Source of the DNA: Chloroflexota bacterium
GTDB lineage: Bacteria > Chloroflexota > UBA11872 > VXOZ01
Direction: 5' to 3'
NCBI GenBank assembly: GCA_964291655.2
Contig: OZ219802.1
Coordinates: 1,248,001 to 1,312,000 of the forward strand
DNA: 64,000 bases
Both the position numbers and the translations under genes were made by a program. Of this stretch, positions 39,208 to 49,197 are shown piece after piece (positions within the stretch are counted from its first letter, which is position 1; each line of letters begins with the position of its first letter). Below the pieces are notes generated by a model, which searched no databases, was not told where the DNA came from, and worked only from the letters and a program-made list of their open reading frames with translations.

Positions 39208-39832
39208 GCCTCTCGTCATCTGATGAAGCGATGACGAAGCCAGCTCGCCACTCCTGACGACCGACAGGCTCGTTGCTCTGTGCCACTGTTGCTCAGGAGC
39301 ATCTTCACGCGTTGCCGATGGCTGCAACGACGATTATTCGTCGTACTAGTCGCGCCGCGGCTCAACGCTAGACAAGGGATAGTTGCCAATGAGGATGACA
39401 ATCCGACATGGCAACTTTTCGATGAGCAACTTCGGCTTCCCCTCCTGATTCCCCGAGCAGTGGTACGCGGCTGTTTTAGGCTGTACCGCTTCTGCAGTGT
39501 CAACACTGATCAGGTGGTGGCGAAACCATTGGTCCGCCGGTAGCGCACATTATATGAGTCTTGGCAAAGGTCGGCTCTCGCCAGCCATTCCAACTCTTGG
39601 GCACCTACCCATACCTCCCCGGTGAACGTACTCCTACTCCGCATGAAGTGCCGTGCTGCCTCGTCGCGCCATCAGTCAGAATGTGAAGGCTCTCGGCGAA
39701 AGGGGCGATAGGTAGCCGCTGTTCGCTCCGGCGCAGAGCGGCTTGTCAGTCTCTTGCCGGCGGGAACCGCGCGCCGGGCACTTAATTTGGCGAAAATTGC
39801 TCAAACTAAAGTACTTGACCTGCAAGATACAC

Positions 39833-39860
39833 TTGCAAAACCCGTAGAAAGTGGTAGAGT
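39833..39860 (+). promoter_or_regulatory. Candidate promoter for the RRM gene / long leader
   Basis: TTGCAA-N16-TAGAGT with an extended TG. Confidence 0.35.
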
Positions 39861-40230
39861 AGATGGAGTACGTGTGTAGGCCTGGTATGGCGTCGGTGCT
39901 ATAAAGAGCGCGAAGGGGTTGAGTCTGCGGTCTCGCCTCTGCGCCTCGCCGAAGTGCGAATTATCGTGGCAGGATTAGTGTCCGTTTACCTTTCCAGGCG
40001 CGTGTTGGAGGAAAGGAGTGTTGATACCGCAGAAAGGAATTCTGGCGCATCGCTGAGAGTGTAGAATTGCCGCCTGAAGAAGTATGGCGGACGTTCTCTC
40101 CAAGGTGAAGCGCACCGGCAACGCCGTGCAGGGTGGGGGTGCAATAACTGCACCTCGATGTTTTTTGTAATATGAGATTGAGTCTGCTGACCGGCGGCGT
40201 CAGGCGGCAGTCTGAGAAAAGGAACCGACT

Positions 40231-40515
40231 GTGAATATCTATGTAGGGAATCTTCCCTATACGACGACTGATGAAGAACTGCGGGAGCTGTTTGCCGAGT
40301 TTGGCGACGTAGCCTCGGCTTCCGTCATAATGGACCGTGACACCGGTCGCTCTCGAGGTTTTGGCTTTGTCGAGATGTCATCCCAGGCAGAAGCCGAAGC
40401 CGCGATTAGCGCCCTCAACCAGAAGGACATGGGCGGTCGTGCGCTAAACGTCAACCAGGCACGCCCACGCGGCGAGCGCCGACCCCGCGAATTCAACCGA
40501 CCGCGTTCCTGGTAA
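40231..40515 (+). CDS. RRM (RNP-1) RNA-binding protein
   Basis: RNP2 'IYVGNL' and RNP1 'RGFGFVEM'. Confidence 0.95.
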   Translation: MNIYVGNLPYTTTDEELRELFAEFGDVASASVIMDRDTGRSRGFGFVEMSSQAEAEAAISALNQKDMGGRALNVNQARPRGERRPREFNRPRSW

Positions 40516-40686
40516 TACGCGACACATCTGCGAGTTAGCGATCCCTTAGAAGCTCGTTAACTAGCATCTCAATGTACCCTGTCAAAGGGAATCGAAAGGC
40601 TGTAGGTCTTACGACCTGCAGCCTTGATGTATTAATTCCGATATCATCCGTTAGCGCTGAGGACTACGTCCGCTCCCTCGCAGGAA

Positions 40687-41979
40687 TCAGCCTTTCGGGT
40701 GCGCCGGCACCGCCCGGCTGCAGCGGCCTAGCTGTTCAATTGCGCTGTGCCGAATTATCGGCTCGGATTCCGCTGTTAGGGATGAGAGCGCCGGCTCCAT
40801 GCCGCCCTGGGCAAACGCGCCGGGCACCGGCACGTACCCAACCTCCCGGGAGGCACGGCTGAGTATGATCGTATGCGTGAATGGAGAAGCCTCCTGTATC
40901 GCGCCGACCGTCTCATGAAACATCTCGCCGGGCAGCGCAACCAGCGCAAGGGCATCGCCGAGCGTGACCACGCGTATTGGATAGACAATCGATGGATTCC
41001 GGTGGAATTGTTCAAAGAGGTACCGGCGGTAGCGAGCACGCGAGTTGCGTAATTCGGACCGCATTTCCTCCGGCTCTTCCGCCACCAGCCGCGCAGGCAC
41101 AGGCACTTCTCGGCTGTGGATTCTCAGCACCGGCGACTCTGTGGGCGTAATCTGCTCGAAGACGTAGAGTGCCTGGGCGCCGAGCGCGTGGCCGATGCGG
41201 CGGGCAGAATGGGCCCCATCCGCCTCAATCGGTATTTGTTCGCCGATACTGCCTTGCGTAAAGACGACGGGAATGCCCGCCACCTTGCGAAAGACCGCCG
41301 CCACGTGCTGGGGATAGTCTGCCGTAATGTGCCCATACCGGTCGTCAGAACAAAGCGCGTGGCAGCCGAAGTTCACGAGCGCCCCAAGCTGATTCCCAGT
41401 CACGGTATCAAAGCGCACAACCCGCACCGTATCGTCGATGCCTTGTTCGAGCCAGTCCGAGTCAGTTGGGATTGACGACTTCAACCCCACCATTTCCACG
41501 GAGCCGTCAGGCTTGATCCAACGGCGATTGCGGGTGAGTTCCGGCGCATGCCCGACCCCTGCGCTGACATGTACGGGAGTGAGGCTTTGCAATGCTTCAC
41601 GGATGCCAGCCGCAATGCGCTTAGCACACTCCGCTTCAAAGTCGTTGATGATGAGGTCCTGCGCAAAGACGATGATGTACGCGCCGTAATGCGAGATTGG
41701 CGACATGCCCACGTGCGACGGCGAGAACAACAGCGACCCGCTGCCTATTCCCGTACCCGCCAGGTGGGAGCACACGAGATCCTCGAAACCGCCGCCCAGC
41801 TCAAATACGTCAATCCCGCCCAGCACCGCCGTCCGGGTACCTTGCCGCAGCACGCAGAGGCGCGCCATGAGCGGATCGTGCACGGTAAAACTGCGCCGCC
41901 TCCGCCTACCGTTTTGCGTCGTCTCGACGGCGGGGGTTATGTCTACTTCGGCGAATGCGGCCAGCAGTGGCTCTGACAA
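40687..41979 (-). CDS. Neutral/alkaline ceramidase-like hydrolase
   Basis: 'VHDPLMAR', 'LVNFGCHA', 'ITADYP' and 'LPGEMF'. Confidence 0.65.
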   Translation of the reverse strand: MSEPLLAAFAEVDITPAVETTQNGRRRRRSFTVHDPLMARLCVLRQGTRTAVLGGIDVFELGGGFEDLVCSHLAGTGIGSGSLLFSPSHVGMSPISHYGAYIIVFAQDLIINDFEAECAKRIAAGIREALQSLTPVHVSAGVGHAPELTRNRRWIKPDGSVEMVGLKSSIPTDSDWLEQGIDDTVRVVRFDTVTGNQLGALVNFGCHALCSDDRYGHITADYPQHVAAVFRKVAGIPVVFTQGSIGEQIPIEADGAHSARRIGHALGAQALYVFEQITPTESPVLRIHSREVPVPARLVAEEPEEMRSELRNSRARYRRYLFEQFHRNPSIVYPIRVVTLGDALALVALPGEMFHETVGAIQEASPFTHTIILSRASREVGYVPVPGAFAQGGMEPALSSLTAESEPIIRHSAIEQLGRCSRAVPAHPKG

Positions 41980-42340
41980 ACTCGTGCTCCTCGAGCTCGG
42001 CGGGCAATTGTCAGGCGGGAAGGATGTGCGAAACAGGGCACACTCTCAACGATGGAGAGTCCCTGCAACTGCGTGAGCCACCATTGAGGCATCTCCCTGT
42101 GCAACGCGCTGACAGCTTCTCATGCGGGGCCTGGATCAAGCCTACCACGCGACTATTGTTCCTTCAATTGCACCCTGTAGGGCGCCGGGAACCTTGATTT
42201 GCCCCTAGTCAGAAAAGAAATTTCTTCACCGCGTCCGAACTGGAATCTGCCCGACAAGACCCGGACCGCAAGGTGGCGTTCTGACCCTGACACGAGTACG
42301 CTAAGGAAGTTACTGACACAACAGGATTGGGGGTGTTGCA

Positions 42341-43276
42341 TTGCCACAAGACTTTCTTGACCGCTTGCGGCGGGGACCGGTGCTTGGCGATGGCGGGTAC
42401 TTCTTGGAGCTTGAACGCCGCTGCCTTGGCAGTTACGGGGGAGGCGTGCCGCTGGCCGTGCTCGACCACCCCGACGGCGTCTTGGAACTTCATCGCGAGT
42501 TCGCCCGAGCGGGCGCGGAAGTCCTGCAGGCCATGGCGTGGGGCGTGGGCAGGATAGACCGCGAAGAGGAGTTGCACCGCACGGCCGTGGCGCTGGCGCG
42601 TGAAGCCGCCGGACCGGACCGCTACGTGGCCGGCACCCTGAGTCCCTATTTCGGCAAGCGCCGCCCGCAACTCTCTGCCGCCGACCGTCAGGAGGTTGCC
42701 GCTTTCTTCGATCGGCGCATCGGGCAACAGGTGTCGGCCGGTGTCGATCTCTTCATCGTTGAGACCTTCCACACGGTAGCTGAGGCAAGCGTTGCCATCC
42801 CTTTCATCAAGCAGGCCGGCATCCCCGCCGTCGTCACGCTCACGTACCAAGAGAACGACGTAACCCGCGACGGCCTCTCACCGGCGGAGGGAGCGCGCCA
42901 ACTCGTCGCTAACGGCGCCGACGTGGTGGGCATCAACTGTCACCGGCCGCCCCAGACCCTGCTCCCTCTGGCGCGCGAAGTGCGCCAGGCGGTGGATGTG
43001 CCCGTCTGCATACAGCCCACAGCCTACGAGCTGGAACCCGGCTCGGTGTATAACCGCGAGATCGTCGTGCCCGGCCTCTGGACAACCGTGGAACCACGCA
43101 TTCTTTCGCGGTTCGTCGCGGCAGAATACGCTAAGGAAGCGGCGGGGATCGGCATCGAATTCATCGGCGGCTGCTGCGGCATGCTCCCCTACCACATCCG
43201 TGCCATGGCCGACGCGCTGGGCAAACCCAGCACGCTCCCCGATAGACCGCGCGAGTATAGCGTCGACACCGCGTGA
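42341..43276 (+). CDS. Homocysteine S-methyltransferase family protein
   Basis: 'LGDGGY', 'HREFARAGA', 'VGINC' and the 'IGGCCG' Zn ligands. Confidence 0.88.
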   Translation: MPQDFLDRLRRGPVLGDGGYFLELERRCLGSYGGGVPLAVLDHPDGVLELHREFARAGAEVLQAMAWGVGRIDREEELHRTAVALAREAAGPDRYVAGTLSPYFGKRRPQLSAADRQEVAAFFDRRIGQQVSAGVDLFIVETFHTVAEASVAIPFIKQAGIPAVVTLTYQENDVTRDGLSPAEGARQLVANGADVVGINCHRPPQTLLPLAREVRQAVDVPVCIQPTAYELEPGSVYNREIVVPGLWTTVEPRILSRFVAAEYAKEAAGIGIEFIGGCCGMLPYHIRAMADALGKPSTLPDRPREYSVDTA

Positions 43277-43343
43277 TGAGCGAGCAAGAACGGGCCACCT
43301 GCGGGACGTACGCACGCGTCAGAAGCTGGAGGCACAAATCGAA

Positions 43344-43703
43344 GTGAGGCTGAGCGAATTCGACATCCTCCGGCTGCTGCGGGCGACGAAGCACGCCTTG
43401 AGAGGGTTCGGTGACGCCATTCGCGGCCAGGTTTCCATTCGACAGGAAGTAATCATAATCCTGGTCGGGACTCCGCTCGCTCTCTGGCTGGGAGATAGCG
43501 GTGTCGAGCGCGCGCTCATGATAGGCACGCTGCTCCTCATTCTCCTAACTGAACTACTGAACGCGGCGATCGAGACGACGATCGATCGCATCGGCCCCGA
43601 ACACCACGAACTCTCCCGCAAAGCCAAGGACATGGCCGCTGCCGCAGTGCTGGTTTCGCTCATCATGGCGGCCATAGTCTGGTTGCTCATTCTGCTCGAT
43701 TGA
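43344..43703 (+). CDS. dgkA: Diacylglycerol kinase (prokaryotic DgkA)
   Basis: 'ELLNAAIETTIDRIGPEHHELSRKAKDMAAAAV'; GGAGG RBS before the GTG at 43344 gives 119 aa. Confidence 0.88.
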   Translation: MRLSEFDILRLLRATKHALRGFGDAIRGQVSIRQEVIIILVGTPLALWLGDSGVERALMIGTLLLILLTELLNAAIETTIDRIGPEHHELSRKAKDMAAAAVLVSLIMAAIVWLLILLD

Positions 43704-43746
43704 GCGCAGCAATGGCTTGCGTTGCATTCTGGTAGCCGGAAAGAGT

Positions 43747-44796
43747 CTAGTAGTCGAGTACGACCGCCAGTGCCTCGTCGGGATGGTCGATGAGGAGGTC
43801 GACAGCCTTTGGCGCTTCTGCGAAGGAAAAGCGGTGCGTGAGCAGCGGGCCGACGTCTATCTGGCCGGAAGCCTGCATCCCCAGCAACGCATAGAGGTTA
43901 CGCTCCTGGTCCCATTGCACGAAACGGTTCGGATAGTCCATTCGCGCATTTAAATAATCCTGGTCGCGGCTGCCGGGCCCGCGGCCGAACACCCAGCGGA
44001 TGTCGATCTCCTTGGTGTGGGGGTTGGCATCGGGGTGCCCGACGGTGAAGTCCGGCACGAGACCGCCAATCATCATCACCCGACCGCTGGGCCGCACCAA
44101 ATGCACGCCCAAGCGTCCCGGCTCCGGCCCGCCGCCGGCTGCCACAAACGACGCGTCCGCGCCCAAACCGCACGTGTAGTCCGCCACCGCCGCGGCCACT
44201 GTATCGGCGTCGCCTTGCAATGCCAGGTCTACGCCCAGCTCCCGCGCCTTCTCCAAGCGGAAGGGAATAAGGTCGATGCCAATGGCCTGGCCACCCATCA
44301 TCCGCACCATCTGCACGATCATCTGACCCACCAGTCCCAGACCGATCACCGCCGCCGTTTCGCCCGGCAGGAATTGCGCGCGGCGCAGCGCGTGCAGTGC
44401 CGTGAGACCGATGTTCGCCGTCGCGGCTTCCGCCGTGTCCAAGTTGTCCGGAATCTTGGCGAAGTTGTGCCTAATCACAAACGCCCGCTCGGCATGCGGC
44501 GCAAAACCGCCGCCCACGGCCACCACGCGGTCGCCCGGCGCAACATGCGACTCTAAATCAGGTGAAACTGCCACGACCTTGCCCGCCGACTGGTAGCTCA
44601 TGGGACGTTCGTGCACCTCGCCGGGTTCGCTGCCTGCTTGCGTGGCCTGGCGCGCTTTGCCCACACCGCCCACCTCTGAGCCGGTGCCGAGCACCGATAC
44701 GGTCGTCTCCATGAGCACGCCGGTCTCTCCAAGCTCCGGCTCCGGCACTTCTTTCAGGTAAGTCTCACCTCGATTGTTTGCGTACAACGCGCGCAT
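43747..44796 (-). CDS. MDR-superfamily (zinc-binding ADH-like) oxidoreductase
   Basis: 'GTGSE', 'SYQSAGKV' and the 'VIGLGLVGQ' Rossmann motif. Confidence 0.8.
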   Translation of the reverse strand: MRALYANNRGETYLKEVPEPELGETGVLMETTVSVLGTGSEVGGVGKARQATQAGSEPGEVHERPMSYQSAGKVVAVSPDLESHVAPGDRVVAVGGGFAPHAERAFVIRHNFAKIPDNLDTAEAATANIGLTALHALRRAQFLPGETAAVIGLGLVGQMIVQMVRMMGGQAIGIDLIPFRLEKARELGVDLALQGDADTVAAAVADYTCGLGADASFVAAGGGPEPGRLGVHLVRPSGRVMMIGGLVPDFTVGHPDANPHTKEIDIRWVFGRGPGSRDQDYLNARMDYPNRFVQWDQERNLYALLGMQASGQIDVGPLLTHRFSFAEAPKAVDLLIDHPDEALAVVLDY

Positions 44797-44866
44797 GTGG
44801 CCTCCCTTTGGGTTCGCAGTTCGTATCTACAGTAGTCTTGAATTTGGATAGATTCGCACCCACGTC

Positions 44867-45390
44867 GGAATTGCAAGTGTCAGGTAATTCGTTGACAGAA
44901 TCTCCTATTCACTAGACAGTATCAATCTTACCTATCATTCCTGAATGTGTTGAGTATTTCGTTGACAGAGTCCTTCCCCCACTTGACAGTATTGACAATT
45001 CATGTCATTCCGAGCGGAGCGTCGAACCCTGTTCGCGGAATCTGGAGTCCTTACGGTATGTCGCCTAATAGCCTTAGCATCTTAGATTCCGCGCTCTTAG
45101 CGACACTTCGCTGCGCTCCGTTCGGAATTGTAAGTGTTGAGTAATTCGTTGACAGTATTCTCTCCCAAATTGGCAGTGTTGACAGATCATGTCATTCCGA
45201 GCGGAGCGAGGAATCTAGGGCCCATGCAACGTGTCGCCCAATAGGCTCAACATCCTAGATTCCGCGCTCTTAGCGACTCTTCGCTGCGCTTCGTTCGGAA
45301 TGACATGTGTACTAGTCATGTCTAACTCTGCGAAAGGTTGCTTTTGTTCTCAAGTCTGTCAACGAATTACCTGACATTTACAGGAATGAC
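44867..45390. repeat. Cluster of MITE-A ends and GTCATTCCGAGCGGAGCG REP doublets; complete MITE-A at 45129-45382
   Basis: Four TAATTCGTTGACAG-type ends; GGAAT repeated at 45124-45128 and 45383-45387. Confidence 0.75.
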
Positions 45391-45504
45391 ATGGGATCAA
45401 GACTCCCGGGCGAGGCAAAAAAGGAACCTGCCTACATAATCTTGGCAATGACTACGTGCAACCCCTGTCGTTGCATGCCGTCTCCTGTCCACCTGCTGCG
45501 CTTG

Positions 45505-47076
45505 CTACGAAGTCGCCGGCCACCGCCATGCGGATTGACGTCGCACAACGGCATCCCATGCTGCCGTGAATTCGGCCCGCCGCTCAGGGGACACGTAGGA
45601 ATAGCTCGGCGTGGGCATGCCGGGGATCTGGACCAGCGGCGGTTCTTCCGCTTCCCATTCGTCCAGCCGAGTCGCCAGCGCCTGCAGCACTGACTTGTGC
45701 GCCGGATCGTCAGCCAAATTGTGCATCTCCAACGGGTCATTTGCCATGTCAAAGAGTTCCCACCGCGTGAGGAAGTCTGCTCCGTAATCGATCAGCTTGT
45801 ATTCAGGCGTGCGCAGCATGCGCTGGGTGCCCAGCATGTACGCTTCCTGCCGCGTGTACGGCACACCGAGCATCCAGGAGAAGGCTTCATCCGGCCAATT
45901 GGCGCTATTTCCGGCGCACAGCGGCGCGAGACTCTTGCCCTGAACGCCCTGCGGGACCGGCAGCCCGCAGAGATCGAGCACCGTCGGCACAATGTCCACG
46001 TGACCCGTTACCTCATCCACCACACGGCCCGGAGTCAGCGACGGGAACACCGACTCAGGCGCCTGCACAATCAACGGTACGTGGCTGGCGCCTTCGTACA
46101 TCACCTGCTTATACATGCGGCCGTGGTCGCCCATCATGTCGCCGTGATCGGAGAGGAAGAGGATGATCGTATTGTCCTTCAGGCCGCGCCTCTCGAGTTC
46201 TGCTAAGACGATGCCGATGTCGTGGTCGACGTGTGTGGTGGCCGCGTAGTAGATTGCCGTTATCTCGCGCAGCATCGCCGGGTCGTCGATCAGGTGAGCG
46301 ACTTCTTGCGTGCCGCGGGCATTCCGGCGCAGTCCGCTGATCTCGGGTGGGATGTCAGGCAACGCAATGGAATCCCGATCGTACATCGAGTAATACGGTT
46401 CCGGCTCGACAAAGGGTGAGTGGGGATCGTGATAACTGGAGAAGAGGAACCACGGCTTGCCGGACTGCTCCAGCAGGTCGAGAGCCTCGAGAGTCTGTCT
46501 GGTAATCCAGCTCGTATCATTGTCTTCTGGTGGATCGGCGAATAATCCCACGCCGCGCCCATGCGGATCGCCCGGCCACCGGCAGGTGCCTTCTGCAATC
46601 CTGTCGCGCTTCCACGCGCCGTGCTTGTCTTTCATATACGCCTCGTAGCCCCGTTCCGGCGTAGGCCCTTCGGCGCGAAACGTGCGGAAGTCATCAAAGC
46701 CAAACGAATCTTCCTTGGGATCGAAGTGCAGCTTGCCCGCAATCGCCGTCGCATAGCCGTAGTGCTGCATGATGGACGGCAAGAAAACCTCACCGTCCCG
46801 CGTAGGCAGACCGTTCCAATTGCCCTCGTGGACGGGGACATGGCGGCCGTTGAAAACAGAATATCGCGCCGGTGTGCAGATCGGCGCCGCGCTGTAAAAG
46901 TTCGCGAAGCGCACGCCCCGTTCAGCCAAGGCATCGAGCACCGGCGTCCGGCAAACGGGATGCCCCGCGCAACTGAGCAGGTCCCACCGCATCTGGTCTG
47001 TCATGAGTATGAGCACGTTCGGCAGCTGCTCGCCTCCGCCATGCTCGCCTTGCCCGTTGCCGGTTTGCTCATTCAC
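45505..47076 (-). CDS. Sulfatase
   Basis: 'PNVLILMTDQ', 'CTPAR', 'GKLHF' and 'SDHGDMMGDH'. Confidence 0.9.
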   Translation of the reverse strand: MNEQTGNGQGEHGGGEQLPNVLILMTDQMRWDLLSCAGHPVCRTPVLDALAERGVRFANFYSAAPICTPARYSVFNGRHVPVHEGNWNGLPTRDGEVFLPSIMQHYGYATAIAGKLHFDPKEDSFGFDDFRTFRAEGPTPERGYEAYMKDKHGAWKRDRIAEGTCRWPGDPHGRGVGLFADPPEDNDTSWITRQTLEALDLLEQSGKPWFLFSSYHDPHSPFVEPEPYYSMYDRDSIALPDIPPEISGLRRNARGTQEVAHLIDDPAMLREITAIYYAATTHVDHDIGIVLAELERRGLKDNTIILFLSDHGDMMGDHGRMYKQVMYEGASHVPLIVQAPESVFPSLTPGRVVDEVTGHVDIVPTVLDLCGLPVPQGVQGKSLAPLCAGNSANWPDEAFSWMLGVPYTRQEAYMLGTQRMLRTPEYKLIDYGADFLTRWELFDMANDPLEMHNLADDPAHKSVLQALATRLDEWEAEEPPLVQIPGMPTPSYSYVSPERRAEFTAAWDAVVRRQSAWRWPATS

Positions 47077-47393
47077 ATTGAGACTCCTTAGAGCTTGTAT
47101 GTGATCTTCTCAGGAGGGTGCTTGCATAGTCCAAGCAGAGTCGTTGGCGCCGATCCTGCCTGCCCTGAGCCTGCTGCCGTTCGTGCTGAGCCTGTCGAAG
47201 TATGTACGGCAGCGCGCTCGTACACTGCCGTTCCCGCAATGCCGCAACATACACTCTTCGACAAAGCCTGTGCTGAGCCTGTCGAAGTACTCAGAGCCTG
47301 CCCCGTACTGGTTTCGGGGTCGAACGTCGTTCGAACAGACTCCACCATCGTAGATAGGCTCTTTGCGGATTGCGTGCCTACCTAATTGCTGCA

Positions 47394-48953
47394 CTACTGC
47401 GTATTGGACGAAGCCTGCGGCCAGCGCCGCGCCGCCGACCGGCGCATGTTGGCCTCCCAAGCCGCGTACATTGCCGCGCGGCGTTCTGCAGGGAGGTATG
47501 AATAGCTCGGTGTGGGCATGCCGGGCACGCTTATCGGTGGCGGTACATCGGCCTGCCACGCATCCAGCCGCGCCGCCAGCGCACTCAGAACGGAACCGTA
47601 CGCAGGGTCGTCGGCGAGGTTGTGCGTCTCTGCAGGGTCGTCGGCCATGTTGAAAAGCTCCCACTGTTTGCGGAAGTCCGCGCCGTAGTCAATTAACTTG
47701 TACTCTGGCGTGCGTAACATTCGTTTCTTGCCGACCATGTACGCTTCCTGGCGCACGAACGGCGCGGCCCGTACCGCTGCGAACGCCTCATTGGGCCAAC
47801 CGGCCGTCTCGCCCGCGCACAGCGGCACGAGGCTCTTGCCCTGCACGCCCTGTGGGACGGGGAGGCCGCAGAGTTCGAGTACGGTCGGCAGAATGTCCAC
47901 CTGGCCGGTGATCTCGTCAACCACGCGACCCGGCGTCACTGCCGGATGGATGGACTCCGGAATCTGCAGAACGAGCGGCACGTGCGCCGCGCCTTCATAC
48001 ATCACCTGTTTATTCATGCGGCCGCGGTCGCCCATCATGTCGCCATGGTCGGAGAGAAAGAGCACGATGGTGTTGTCCGCCAGGCCACGTTCTTCAAGAG
48101 CGGCCAAGAGTACGCCGATATCGTGGTCCACGTGCGTCGTGGATGCATAGTAGATGGCCGTGATCGATTGCACAACCTCGGGATCGTCGATCACGTGGGC
48201 GCGTTCCTGGGTGCCGCGGGCGTCCCGCCGCAGCCTGCCTATTTCGGGCGGAATTTCACGCAGCGGGATGGATTCCCGAGCGTACATAGAAAAGTACGGT
48301 TCCGGCTCGACGAAGGGCGAGTGCGGATCATGGTAGCTGGCAAAGAGAAACCACGGCTTGCCACTCTGTTCAAGCCCATCAAGGGCCTCCAGGGACTGAG
48401 CCGTAATCCAGTTTGTATCGTAATCTTCCGGCGGATCGGCAAAACGCCCCACGCCCTTGCCCCCGGTGCCTTCCTCGATCCTATCGCGGGTGTACTCACC
48501 GTACTTTCGCGTCATATGGGCGTTGTAGCCGCGTTCCGGTGTCGGGCCCTCGGCGCGGAACGAACGAAAGTCGTCAAAGCCGAATGAGTCTTCCCTGGGC
48601 GCGAAGTGCAGCTTGCCGGCGATGGCTGTGGCGTAGCCGTAGTGCTTCAGGATAGACGGAAGGAAAACTTCGCCATCCTGCGTGGGCCAGCCGTTGCTCC
48701 AGCCCTTATGGACGTGCACGTGCCGTCCACTGAAGATCGAGTAGCGGGCGGGGGTACACGTCGGGGCAGCGGTGTAAAAGTTCGCGAAACGCACGCCCCG
48801 TGCCGCCATGGCGTCGAGCACCGGCGTTCGGCATATTGGATGACCTGCGCAACTGAGCACGTCCCAGCGCATTTGGTCCGCCATGATGAACAGCACGTTT
48901 GGTTGCTTGTGGTCGGAGTTGCCGCTTTTGCCCTCGGCGCTAAGTTTGTTCAC
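47394..48953 (-). CDS. Sulfatase (tandem paralog)
   Basis: 'PNVLFIMADQ' and 'CTPAR'; collinear with 45505..47076. Confidence 0.9.
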   Translation of the reverse strand: MNKLSAEGKSGNSDHKQPNVLFIMADQMRWDVLSCAGHPICRTPVLDAMAARGVRFANFYTAAPTCTPARYSIFSGRHVHVHKGWSNGWPTQDGEVFLPSILKHYGYATAIAGKLHFAPREDSFGFDDFRSFRAEGPTPERGYNAHMTRKYGEYTRDRIEEGTGGKGVGRFADPPEDYDTNWITAQSLEALDGLEQSGKPWFLFASYHDPHSPFVEPEPYFSMYARESIPLREIPPEIGRLRRDARGTQERAHVIDDPEVVQSITAIYYASTTHVDHDIGVLLAALEERGLADNTIVLFLSDHGDMMGDRGRMNKQVMYEGAAHVPLVLQIPESIHPAVTPGRVVDEITGQVDILPTVLELCGLPVPQGVQGKSLVPLCAGETAGWPNEAFAAVRAAPFVRQEAYMVGKKRMLRTPEYKLIDYGADFRKQWELFNMADDPAETHNLADDPAYGSVLSALAARLDAWQADVPPPISVPGMPTPSYSYLPAERRAAMYAAWEANMRRSAARRWPQASSNTQ

Positions 48954-49197
48954 AGATGACCTCGCTCGCTTTAGCGTCGAACGCGTGCGCTCTTGTGAAG
49001 TCGTGCCGGTTCACTGGTTTACAATTGCTCCCTGTAGCGCGGGGGCTCGTCCCCCGCTCGGTATGGGGTCGCTCTAATGCGGATAAGATGGATTCCGTGC
49101 CCCCGCACGGGGGCGAGCATTCGCGGGAATGACGAATTCTGTCTTTCCCCTCTTCTTTGTAGCGCGGGGGCTTGTCCCCCGCCATGTCCGTGCCTTT

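Noticed and set aside
42996-43343. N-terminal extension of the dgkA ORF
   Set aside because: It overlaps the upstream gene; the RBS plus GTG at 43344 gives the normal DgkA length.
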